Below are positions 13,601 through 24,355 of a stretch of 64,000 nt of DNA, piece after piece; the stretch's first letter is position 1, and each line of letters opens with the position of its first letter. The translations under genes were made by a program, and so were the position numbers. Source of the stretch: Tubulanus polymorphus (Eukaryota > Animalia > Nemertea); NCBI RefSeq assembly GCF_964204645.1, contig NC_134025.1:4340001-4404000 (forward strand), given 5' to 3'. The notes under the pieces were generated by a model, which was given only the letters and a program-made list of their open reading frames with translations, was not told the origin of the DNA and searched no databases.

Positions 13601-15006
13601 AGAGGTACATATATATACATTACAAGAGGGTTATGGGCAAATTGAGTAAATCGAGTAAACAGGCATCTTAATGATACCACCCTCTCATTTCAATAATCAC
13701 TTAGATTTAAAATGATCAGACATGGTTCATAAAAACGAGAGAAATCCCACAATAAATTCAGCCAAAAATGAAAAGTTCTATATTAAGTACTGATGATGGC
13801 TAATAGCATTTAGCCGAAAGGTTGCTCGAAATATAATCATCTTTATATAGAACTTTTCATTTTTGGCTGAATTTATTGTGGGATTTCTCTCGTTATCATC
13901 ATACACGGATATTGTGTATTTTCTCGTCTCATGCTTCATTTTGATATGATATCATCTCATTATCGGTAAACAGGATGGAGAAAAATCGAGAGGTTCGTCG
14001 CACGAGTACAGTCGAGTCGAGTGATTCACAGGGAGCTACTGTACCCTCTGCTAATACCGAGCCTCCTTCTTCAAACAAGAAGAAGGACCAACTGATGCAA
14101 CTCATCAAATCAAATGATTTTCAACGCCTCGTTAAAGGAGGAAAAGTCGACGTTGGTAATTGATCTCGTGTTTCAAGAAATGAATTAGTTAAAAAGAGAA
14201 TAGTGATTCATAACGAATCAATTATTTCACAGGAAAAGAAATGTCTGAATTGCGACATGTGATACGAGAATTGAGAAGTTTCGATAGTCAATCGACAAAA
14301 TATCGCATTCAACAGTTAGCTGAAAAGGTCGGTATGGAGATTTTCGACAGAGTTTGTAATCTTATTTCGGTAACTATAACCGGATGCATATATAATAATA
14401 ATGTTGATGTGTATCTCGTAATTTTAGTGCGACGGTTTACAAGAGAAATTAAGAAAACGAGATGTAGAATTACGTCACGCAATTCGTCGAGTGAACGAAC
14501 TTGAGTTAATTCTGGCAAGTCCCGAGGAACGTGTGAAATTACAGTCTCGCAAAAAGTGCAATGGAATATCGCTGAGGCATCGGAAACATAAAGAACCAAA
14601 TAGTTCTGATAGTTTTCTACCCGCAGACACAAACGGAGCGAGCCATTCGCGTAAAATGCGAAGGCAGCAGCGCAGTGAAAGTACTGAAAGTTCTAATTCT
14701 CACAATTCCCCGCGGGATAAGATACATAGTCTCAGTCACGTGGTAGTGCCCGGAATCAGTATTAACGGTGTCGTAGAACAGGAAGTATCTAACTTGATTA
14801 TCGAAAAGGATGACGATGACGATGATCTTGAGATTGACGATGAACTCGATAATCGTGAAGAAAATGAAAAGGTTGTTCCGAACATTTTAGCGGATCTGGA
14901 AAGATTAGCGAACGATGTCAATTTGTACAGTGATACCTCCAAGTATAGTGACGACTTCAGTTCGACTGAAAACTCTTCCGATGATGACGACACGGATGAT
15001 AGATGA
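7605..15006 (+). CDS. Cyclic nucleotide-gated cation channel, A(alpha)-type backbone, multi-exon; true 5' end uncertain
   Basis: Frame-consistent GT-AG exons: 7605-7639, 8234-8933, 9386-9667, 9834-9905 ([14 protein letters not shown]), 10457-10534 (S1), 10762-10869 (S2, [22 protein letters not shown]), 10982-11087, 11165-11209, 11446-11627 (S4-S5, IHWIACFYY), 11706-11770, pore exon 11934-12012 OR 12038-12116, 12267-12478 (S6/C-linker, [19 protein letters not shown]), 12660-12756, 12892-13000 ([14 protein letters not shown]), 13092-13129, 13208-13320 (FGEISLL), 13394-13463 ([13 protein letters not shown]), 13549-13604, 13974-14155, 14233-14327, 14428-15006 (coiled-coil, then acidic tail). Confidence 0.95.
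11934..12012 (+). other. CNG pore exon variant A (79 nt): [27 protein letters not shown]-type TIGE filter
   Basis: Acceptor tttgcag ends at 11933 and donor gtaagt starts at 12013. Phase 2 in and phase 0 out match the flanking exons. Filter Glu codon GAG at 11986-11988. Confidence 0.92.
12038..12116 (+). other. CNG pore exon variant B (79 nt): [27 protein letters not shown]-type TIGG filter
   Basis: Acceptor tttctgtttcag ends at 12037 and donor gtgagt starts at 12117. Same length and phases as variant A, no stop codon. Gly codon GGT at 12090-12092 replaces the filter Glu. Confidence 0.88.
13734..13894. repeat. Perfect 50-bp inverted repeat (61-nt loop) in a CNG intron; probable mobile-element remnant
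   Basis: 13734-13783 AACGAGAGAAATCCCACAATAAATTCAGCCAAAAATGAAAAGTTCTATAT is the exact reverse complement of 13845-13894. Confidence 0.9.
13786..13826 (+). ncRNA. Degenerate minimal (type I) hammerhead-ribozyme-like motif
   Basis: CTGATGA (13790-13796), extra T, stem II GGCTAA/TTAGCC, GAAA (13816-13819), possible stem I AGTA/TGCT. Stem III and the NUH cleavage site are not canonical (GAAAGGTTG), so it is probably inactive. Confidence 0.4.
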
Positions 15007-15688
15007 TTATTCATAATATATCGGAAAAATGATTAAATCTTTATCCAGTGTATTCGATTTAAGTGGATATTTAACCATTATGATGGACAAATGAGTATTA
15101 ATCTGTCGAAATGGAATATTTTTACACGAACGACGCATAATAAATCATCAAACGGTTACTAATTCAGCGTAGCTCAAAGTTGTATTGATGCAGGTTTGAA
15201 AGGAAATTTCATTTGAATTTGCTTTATGATACATAGCTGTCACATCACGACTATTAAAGAAATGCGCAAGATTTCTTTTCTTGTTTCAAGATCTAATTGA
15301 GGTCCAACACTTTGAGGTGTAGTACTGCTATGGGGTTTCGAGGTTTTCACGATCGTTGTTTGTGTCGTATTAGTTATTGAGATGGAAAAATAGGAATTTT
15401 TTTTCATTTCGAGTTATATCTCAACACAGATTCATTTACGATTAGAAAATAGTTATGCCGATATCAAAATATGACTTGACATGAAATCAAATTTTCCTTA
15501 TAAATGATGCCCCCATTACGCTTCCATGAATTTGATTTACAATGATAAACGGACAACTGAAATGCTACTTATGAACATTGCCTTCCATTAGCAATTAGCA
15601 GTTAGAATTAAATAATTTATCGCTATATTACCTAAATGCGAGCGATCTTAGTTTCCGACACACTGTCCACAAGTCCAGAGCCGATGAT

Positions 15689-16852
15689 ATGGAATCGCTC
15701 GTAAAAACTGCTGTATTTATGGCGATCATCACGGATGGAGTTTCTAGTTCAGTTTGCACAAGACAGCTATGCGTGAATCATTGTAAAGCAATCGGTATGA
15801 ATTGTTTTGGAATAGAAATAGATAGGTCGGATGGTTTATGTTGTCACCATGTAAGCACCGAATTTGCGAACGGTAAGAATTGTAACATTTGAAAACTAAG
15901 AATCATTACATCGGTTTGAATGTCTATAAAACACGTAACTCGTAGAAATATGCTCGCTTTTATAAGTATTCACAACACAAACAAACAATTTACACAAAAT
16001 ACATGATCGATTTTACCGATCACACCAGATCCTCATCAGGTCTACTTAGTGTGGGTCTTGTGTGATAATCCAATAACTCTCTATATAATTTGTCGATACT
16101 TTGATACTGGCGTGTCAATTGTTTTCGGATTGATTCAGAAACGGAAGACTTCGAAGATGGATTTGGTTTTTGGGTAACAGGTGGATCAGGGTCCTGGAAA
16201 CGTTACATTGGAAAAACACCGTCGGAAAACACAGGGCCGTCTGGTGATCATACGTCTGGCGGAGGTACGAATTTTTATGTTGAGTGACAACCTAGTCAGT
16301 TCAATTCGTAACTCCTTGAATTGCTTCATATTATTTACTCATTATAATCTAGGTTATTACATATATCTGAAATCGCCCTGGTATGGTAACTGTTATGTAA
16401 GACTCTACAGAATGCTGACGACAACATCAAACAAATGTAAAATGCACTTCTCGTACCACATGTCCGATGATATGACTACAATGTCATCTTATCTCAGACT
16501 TACGATTGGAAGTTCTCAAGTTTTTAAACTTTGGGGAAATCAAGGAAATCAATGGTTTACCAGCGCAAGTTTTGGTGTACCTGCTGGGGTGAATCAATGG
16601 GTAAGGTTCACTCTATACCAAAATGATCTTTCTTGTTATTCTATCGTCAAAAGCATGAAATCGTTCTCTTTTCGCTGTTTTGTCGCTATGGCCAGCTTAA
16701 TCGTAATTTCATTGTTTTTCCTTGTATCTACTAAGTACTAAAATCCAGTTTCTTGTGTTTTCCTTGAATTACAGATTATCTTCACTGGGTACAAAACCTA
16801 TGTATCCCGTTTTGAGATGGCTCTTGACGACATCGTATTTACGAACTGTTAA
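15689..16852 (+). CDS. Secreted Cys-rich + MAM domain protein, copy 1 (211 aa)
   Basis: Exons 15689-15872, 16139-16264, 16353-16600, 16775-16852. Signal-peptide-like MESLVKTAVFMAIITDGVSS, a 6-Cys segment, then MAM motifs DFEDG..W, TPSENTGPSGDHT.GGGYYIYL, C.MHFSYHM, GNQGNQW, ALDDIVFTNC. Confidence 0.88.
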
Positions 16853-17524
16853 ACATCACAATGAAATGGGTTTCAGAAGGAAATGTTAAAATTTATCAAT
16901 TATTTCACTTAAAATATATAACTATGGTAAAAACCAAAGAGGAATTAACATACGCAATACGACGATAATGCATTCGAAATATTGAATTGCATCTTATATC
17001 ACTTTATGTACGAAATTGATTTCATATTATTCTTTTTCTCTACTCGCTGATTGGAATTTGAAACCGAGAAGTCGTAGGTTCTAAGCGAAGTCGTTATTTC
17101 TAATAAATATGAACTCATGCCAATAAAAGTCAGTAATTCCATGATGCAGTTGTAGTTATTATTATGAGAATGACGTTGACTAATTGCAAGGATACATTTC
17201 TCATATCACAGAAGTGATACACACATAAATAATGCATATGCTTTTAGATACGTAGATGTTATCCAGGTTTCTGAAATGTATAAATGCCATTCGTTTAACG
17301 TCACAACACCGTGACGCATGTGAAAAATACACGTGATAAAAGTAACCTCGTTTCGTCAACTGTCAACGTGATATCCACTAGGGAAGGACAGTCGGAACCC
17401 GCAATGATTACTATTTGCCGTTGAAAACGATATTGGGATTTCTGTGTACTAGAATAGCACATATTTACCGCCGAAATATATAAATCTTCTCATTATATTC
17501 TTTTCTATACAATACGGACCACTG

Positions 17525-17623
17525 GACACAGTTTTATAGTCCGGTATTAACTTTAACCCAGGGGAAAATGAATTGAGTTAACCCCCGGGTTTAAGTTAAT
17601 ACCCAGGTCTATAAAACCGGGCC
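17525..17623. mobile_element. Short palindromic MITE, PIF/Harbinger-like (CTG target-site duplication)
   Basis: Imperfect TIRs GACACAGTTTTATAGTCCGGTATTAACTTTAACCC / GGGTTTAAGTTAATACCCAGGTCTATAAAACCGGGCC, flanked by CTG at 17522-17524 and 17624-17626. Confidence 0.65.
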
Positions 17624-18561
17624 CTGGAGCCTAATTGATACTAATCCGTGCCAAATTTTAAATGATAATTCTATATTTTCGTAGATAACGATATTCTATT
17701 CTTTAGCAAAACTCATCCCCAGATTTACTGTATTGCAGACTCATTTTATTATAAAGAATGCCAGTTGTGTAGGTTCACATATATTTTTAAGAGTCTGAAA
17801 ATTTTCTCGGAGTCCAGCGCACTAATCGGTTAATAGTTTGTCCCCTACGGCCATCAAAGACTTTGGCAAGCGAGTATTATGTTAGTTCACATTTTCTCCG
17901 CTATGGTTATACGTAGGGGCACTACAAGACGGTCGAGATCGGACCTCACTGTGGCGGGCGAATCGTGCTTTATTTGATGAAATTAATAGAAATGAAATTC
18001 TCAAACTTTTGAATAGAAATGATTCTCAATTTGATCGATACGATTTTTTATTTCCTAAACACATTCCCTAATACTATTATCAGATACTCCTACTGAATTT
18101 ATGGCCAGTTTATCGAAAAGTTCTGGGTTAAAAACACCCGGTTCTTCGGGTAATATGATAATAAAAAAGTATTTGGTTACGTATTCAGCGTCATTCATAG
18201 TAAAAGTTATCATCACAGTTTGGAAGGAAATTTCATATAATTTCGAATAAGTCACCACTAGCAAACGAATGTCCATGATTTTCTAAGCAAGATTTCTTTT
18301 TATTGGAACTATGTCTTTGAGATCTAATTGTGGTCCATTATTGGAGGTACCGGTATATGGTTTCGGAGCTGGTCGCTGTCGTTATCGGTTTCGCATTGGT
18401 TATTGATAATTTGTTGTGGGGCAAAGTAAATTTGAGTTCACGTTGGTTAACGATCTACTGCTACTTTCCAATAATGATTTAATGATTCATTCCTATATCA
18501 GATAAAATGAATGAGTGTGATATTAGTTTCCGGCACCATGTCCAGGTCCAGAGCCGATGAT

Positions 18562-19730
18562 ATGGAATCGCTCGTAAAAACTGCTGTATTTATGGCGATC
18601 ATCACGGTTGGAGTTTCTAGTTCAGTATGCACAAGACAGCTATGCGTGAATCATTGTAAAGCAATCGGTATGAATTGTTTTGGATTAGAAATACATAGGT
18701 CGGATGGTTTATGTTGTCACCATGTAAGCACCGAATTTGCGAACGGTAAGAATTGTAACATTTGAAAATTAAGAATCATTACATCGGTTTGAATGTCTAT
18801 AAAACACGTAACTCGTAGAAATATGCTCGCTTTTATAAGTATTCACAACAAAAACAAACAATATACACAAAATACATGATCGATTTTACCGATCACACAA
18901 GATCCTCATCAGGTCTACTTAGTGTGGGTCTTGTGTGATAATCCAATAACTCTCTATCGAAATAACTAATTCGTCGATACTTTGATACTGGCGTGTCGAT
19001 TGTTTTCGGATTGATTTAGAAACGGAAGACTTCGAAGATGGATTTGGATTTTGGGCAACTAGTGGATCAGGGTCCTGGAAACGTTACATTGGAAAAACAC
19101 CGTCGGAAAACACAGGGCCGTCTGGTGATCATACGTCTGGCGGAGGTACGAATTTTTATGTTGAGTGACAACCTAGTCAGTTCAATTCGTAACTCCTGAA
19201 TTGCTTCATATTATTTACTCATTATAATCTAGGTTATTACATATATCTGAAATCGTCCCAGTATGGTAACTATTATGTAAGACTCTACAGAATGCTGGCG
19301 ACAACATCAAACAAATGTAAAATGCACTTCTCGTACCACATGTACGATGATATGGCTACAATGTCATCTTATCTCAGACTTAAGATTGGAAGTTCTCAAG
19401 TTTTTAAACTTTGGGGAAATCAAGGAAATCAATGGTTTACCAGCGCAAATATTGATGTACCTGCTAGGGTGAATAATTGGGTAAGGTTCACTCTATACCA
19501 AAATGATATTTTTGTTATTCTATCATCAAAAGCATGAAATCGTTCTCTTTTCGCTGTTTTGTCGCTATGGCCAGCTTAATCGTAATTTCATTGTTTTTCC
19601 TTGCATCTAATTGAACTAAAATCCAGTTTCTCGTGTTTTCCTTGAATTACAGATTATCTTCACTGGGTACAAAGGCTATGGATCCCGTTTTGAGATGGCT
19701 CTTGACGACATCGTATTTACGAACTGTTAA
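18562..19730 (+). CDS. Secreted Cys-rich + MAM domain protein, copy 2
   Basis: Exons 18562-18745, 19020-19145, 19233-19480, 19653-19730. Same structure as copy 1, open frame. Confidence 0.88.
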
Positions 19731-20418
19731 ACATGACAATGAAATGGGTTTCAGAAGAAAATGTTAAAATCTATCAATTATTTCACTTAAAATATATAAC
19801 CATGGTAAAAACCAAAGAGGAATATAGATACGAAATACCACGATAGCGCATTCGAAATATTGAATTGCATCTTATATCACTTTATTTACGAAATTGATTT
19901 CATATTATTCTTTTTCTCTACTCGCTGATTGAGTTTATATGTGATTGGAATTTGAAACCGAGAAGTCGTAGGTTCTAAGCGAAGTCGTTATTTCTAATAA
20001 ATATGAACTCATGCCATTTAAAGTCAGTAATTCCATGATGCAGTTGTAGTTATTATTATGACAATGACGTTGACTAATTGCAAGGATACATTTCTCATAT
20101 CACAGAAGTGATACACACATAAATAATGCATATGCTTTTAGATACGTAGATGTTATCCAGGTTTCTGAAATGTATAAATGCCATTCGTTTAACGTCACAA
20201 CACCGTGACGCATGTGAAAAATACACGTGATAAAAGTAACCTCGTTTCGTCAACTGTCAACGTGATATCCACTAGGGAAGGACAGTCGGAACCCGCAATG
20301 ATTACTATTTGCCGTTGAAAACGATATTGGGATTTCTGTGTACTAGAATAGCACATATTTACCGCCGAAATATATAAATCTTCTCATTATATTCTTTTCT
20401 ATACAATACGGACCACTG

Positions 20419-20517
20419 GACACAGTTTTATAGTCCGGTATTAACTTTAACCCAGGGGAAAATGAATTGAGTTAACCCCCGGGTTTAAGTTAATACCCAG
20501 GTCTATAAAACCGGGCC
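20419..20517. mobile_element. Copy of the same MITE in array unit 2
   Basis: Identical by eye to 17525-17623, with CTG flanks. Confidence 0.65.
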
Positions 20518-21455
20518 CTGGAGCCTAATTGATACTAATCCGTGCCAAATTTTAAATGATAATTCTATATTTTCGTAGATAACGATATTCTATTCTTTAG
20601 CAAAACTCATCCCCAGATTTACTGTATTGCAGACTCATTTTATTATAAAGAATGCCAGTTGTGTAGGTTCACATATATTTTTAAGAGTCTGAAAATTTTC
20701 TCGGAGTCCAGCGCACTAATCGGTTAATAGTTTGTCCACTACGGCCATCAAAGACTTTGGCAAGCGAGTATTATGTTAGTTCACATTTTCTCCGCTATGG
20801 TTATACGTAGGGGCACTACAAGACGGTCGAGATCGGACCTCACTGTGGCGGGCGAATCGTGCTTTATTTGATGAAATTAATAGAAATGAAATTCTCAAAC
20901 TTTTGAATAGAAATGATTCTCAATTTGATCGATACGATTTTTTATTTCCTAAACACATTCCCTAATACTATTATCAGATACTCCTACTGAATTTATGGCC
21001 AGTTTATCGAAAAGTTCTGGGTTAAAAACACCCGGTTCTTCGGGTAATATGATAATAAAACAGTATTTGGTTACGTATTCAGCGTCATTCATAGTAAAAG
21101 TTATCATCACAGTTTGGAAGGAAATTTCATATAATTTCGAATAAGTCACCACTAGCAAACGAATGTCCATGATTTTCTAAGCAAGATTTCTTTTTATTGG
21201 AACTATGTCTTTGAGATCTAATTGTGGTCCATTATTGGAGGTACCGGTATATGGTTTCGGAGCTGGTCGCTGTCGTTATCGGTTTCGCATTGGTTATTGA
21301 TAATTTGTTGTGGGGCAAAGTAAATTTGAGTTCACGTTGGTTAACGATCTACTGCTACTTTCCAATAATGATTTAATGATTCATTCCTATATCAGATAAA
21401 ATGAATGAGTGTGATATTAGTTTCCGTCACCATGTCCAGGTCCAGAGCCGATGAT

Positions 21456-22625
21456 ATGGAATCGCTCGTAAAAACTGCTGTATTTATGGCGATCATCACG
21501 GTTGGAGTTTCTAGTTCAGTATGCACAAGACAGCTATGCGTGAATCATTGTAAAGCAATCGGTATGAATTGTTTTGGATTAGAAATACATAGGTCGGATG
21601 GTTTATGTTGTCACCATGTAAGCACCGAATTTGCGAACGGTAAGAATTGTAACATTTGAAAATTAAGAATCATTACATCGGTTTGAATGTCTATAAAACA
21701 CGTAACTCGTAGAAATATGCTCGCTTTTATAAGTATTCACAACAAAAACAAACAATATACACAAAATACATGATCGATTTTACCGATCACACAAGATCCT
21801 CATCAGGTCTACTTAGTGTGGGTCTTGTGTGATAATCCAATAACTCTCTATCGAAATAACTAATTCGTCGATACTTTGATACTGGCGTGTCGATTGTTTT
21901 CGGATTGATTTAGAAACGGAAGACTTCGAAGATGGATTTGGATTTTGGGCAACTAGTGGATCAGGGTCCTGGAAACGTTACATTGGAAAAACACCGTCGG
22001 AAAACACAGGGCCGTCTGGTGATCATACGTCTGGCGGAGGTACGAATTTTTATGTTGAGTGACAACCTAGTCAGTTCAATTCGTAACTCCTGAATTGCTT
22101 CATATTATTTACTCATTATAATCTAGGTTATTACATATATCTGAAATCGTCCCAGTATGGTAACTATTATGTAAGACTCTACAGAATGCTGGCGACAACA
22201 TCAAACAAATGTAAAATGCACTTCTCGTACCACATGTACGATGATATGGCTACAATGTCATCTTATCTCAGACTTAAGATTGGAAGTTCTCAAGTTTTTA
22301 AACTTTGGGGAAATCAAGGAAATCAATGGTTTACCAGCGCAAATATTGATGTACCTGCTAGGGTGAATCAATGGGTAAGGTTCACTCTATACCAAAATGA
22401 TCTTTCTTGTTATTCTATCATCAAAAGCATGAAATCGTTCTCTTTTCGCTGTTTTGTCGCTATGGCCAGCTTAATCGTAATTTCATTGTTTTTCCTTGCA
22501 TCTAATTGAACTAAAATCCAGTTTCTCGTGTTTTCCTTGAATTACAGATTATCTTCACTGGGTACAAAGGCTATGGATCCCGTTTTGAGATGGCTCTTGA
22601 CGACATCGTATTTACGAACTGTTAA
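21456..22625 (+). CDS. Secreted Cys-rich + MAM domain protein, copy 3
   Basis: Nearly identical to copy 2 (NQW instead of NNW at the end of exon 3). Same four exons, TAA at 22623-22625. Confidence 0.88.
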
Positions 22626-23310
22626 ACATGACAATGAAATGGGTTTCAGAAGAAAATGTTAAAATCTATCAATTATTTCACTTAAAATATATAACCATGG
22701 TAAAAACCAAAGAGGAATATAGATACGAAATACCACGATAGCGCATTCAAAATATTGAATTGCATCTTATATCACTTTATTTACGAAATTGATTTCATAT
22801 TATTCTTTTTCTCTACTCGCTGATTGAGTTTATATGTGATTGGAATTTGAAACCGAGAAGTCGTAGGTTCTAAGCGAAGTCGTTATTTCTAATAAATATG
22901 AACTCATGCCATTTAAAGTCAGTAATTCCATGATGCAGTTGTAGTTATTATTATGACAATGACGTTGACTAATTGCAAGGATACATTTCTCATATCACAG
23001 AAGTGATACACACATCAATAATGCATATGCTTTTTAGATAGATGTTATCCAAGTTTCTAAAATGTATAAATGCCATTCGTTTAACGTCACAACACCGTGA
23101 CGCATGTGAAAAATACACGTGATAAAAGTAACCTCGTTTCGTCAACTGTCGACGTGATATCCACTATGGAAGGACAGTCGGGACACGCAATGATTACCAT
23201 TTGCCGTTGAAAACGATAGCGGGATTTCTGTGTACTAGAATAGCGCATATTTACCGCCGAAATATATAAATTTTCTCATTATATTCTTTTCTATACAATA
23301 CGGACCACTA

Positions 23311-23384
23311 GGCCCAGTTTTATAGTCCGGTATTAACTTTAACCCAGGAGATTTGGACTTACGTCACGACTGTGCAACTGGCCC
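23311..23384. mobile_element. Chimeric MITE remnant in array unit 3 (same left half, different right end GCAACTGGCCC)
   Basis: Left arm GGCCCAGTTTTATAGTCCGGTATTAACTTTAACCC is retained. The right arm is replaced by a terminus matching the element at 44599-44713. Confidence 0.5.
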
Positions 23385-24355
23385 CAGCTGGAGCCTAATT
23401 GATACTATCCGTCCCCAATTTTAAATGATGATTCTATATTTTCGTAGATAACGATATTCTATTTTTTTTTAAATCAAAACTCATCCCTAAATTTACTCTA
23501 TTACAGACTAATTTCATTAGAAAGAATGCCAGTTGTGTAGGTTCACATATATTTTTGAGAGTCTGAAAACTTTCTCCAGCGCGAGTCCAGCGCACTAATC
23601 GGTTAATAGTTTGTCCACTACGGCCATTCAAAAACTTTGGCAAGCGAGTATTATGTTAGTTCACGTTTTCCCGCTATGGTTATACATAGGGGCACCACAA
23701 GTCGGTCGAGATCGGACCTCACTGTGGCGGGCGAATCTTCGTGCTTTATTTGATGAAATTAATAGAAATGAAATTCTCAAACTTTTGAATAGAAATGATT
23801 CTCAATTTGATCGATACGATTTTTTATTTTGCTTAACACATTCCCTAATACTTATAAAAAATTATCAGATACTCCTACTGAATTTATGGCCAGTTTATCG
23901 AAAAGTTCTGGGTTAAAAACACCCGGTTCTTTGGGTAATATGATAATAAAACAGTATCTGGTTACGTATTCAGCGTCATTCATAGTAAAAATTATCATGA
24001 CAGTTTGAATGGAAATTTCATATAATTTCGAATGTCACCACTAGCAAACGAATGTCCATGATTTTCTAAGCAAGATTTCTTTTTATTGGAACTATGGAAG
24101 TCTTTGAGATCTAATTGTGGTCCATTATTGGAGGTACCGGTATAGGGTTTCGGAGCTGGTCACTGTCGTTATTAGTATCGTATTGGTTATTGATAATTTG
24201 TTGTGCGGCAAAGTAAATTTGGGTTAACAATGATTAACGATCTACTGAAATGCTACTTTCCAATAATGATTTAATAATTCATTCCTATATCAGATAAAAT
24301 GAATGAGTGTGATATTAGTTTCCGACAAACTGTCCCCAAGTCCAGAGCCGATGAT

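Noticed and set aside
16000-16045. Minus-strand CTGATGA-G-GATC...GATC...AAAATCGATC in intron 1 of the MAM genes, hammerhead-like
   Set aside because: The GAAA box is disrupted in copies 1-3, the CUGA box is disrupted in copy 4, and stem I does not pair.
18055-18276. Repeated minus-strand 73-aa ORF (also 20949-21170)
   Set aside because: It recurs only because the spacer is duplicated, is disrupted in the third spacer, and has no recognisable motif.
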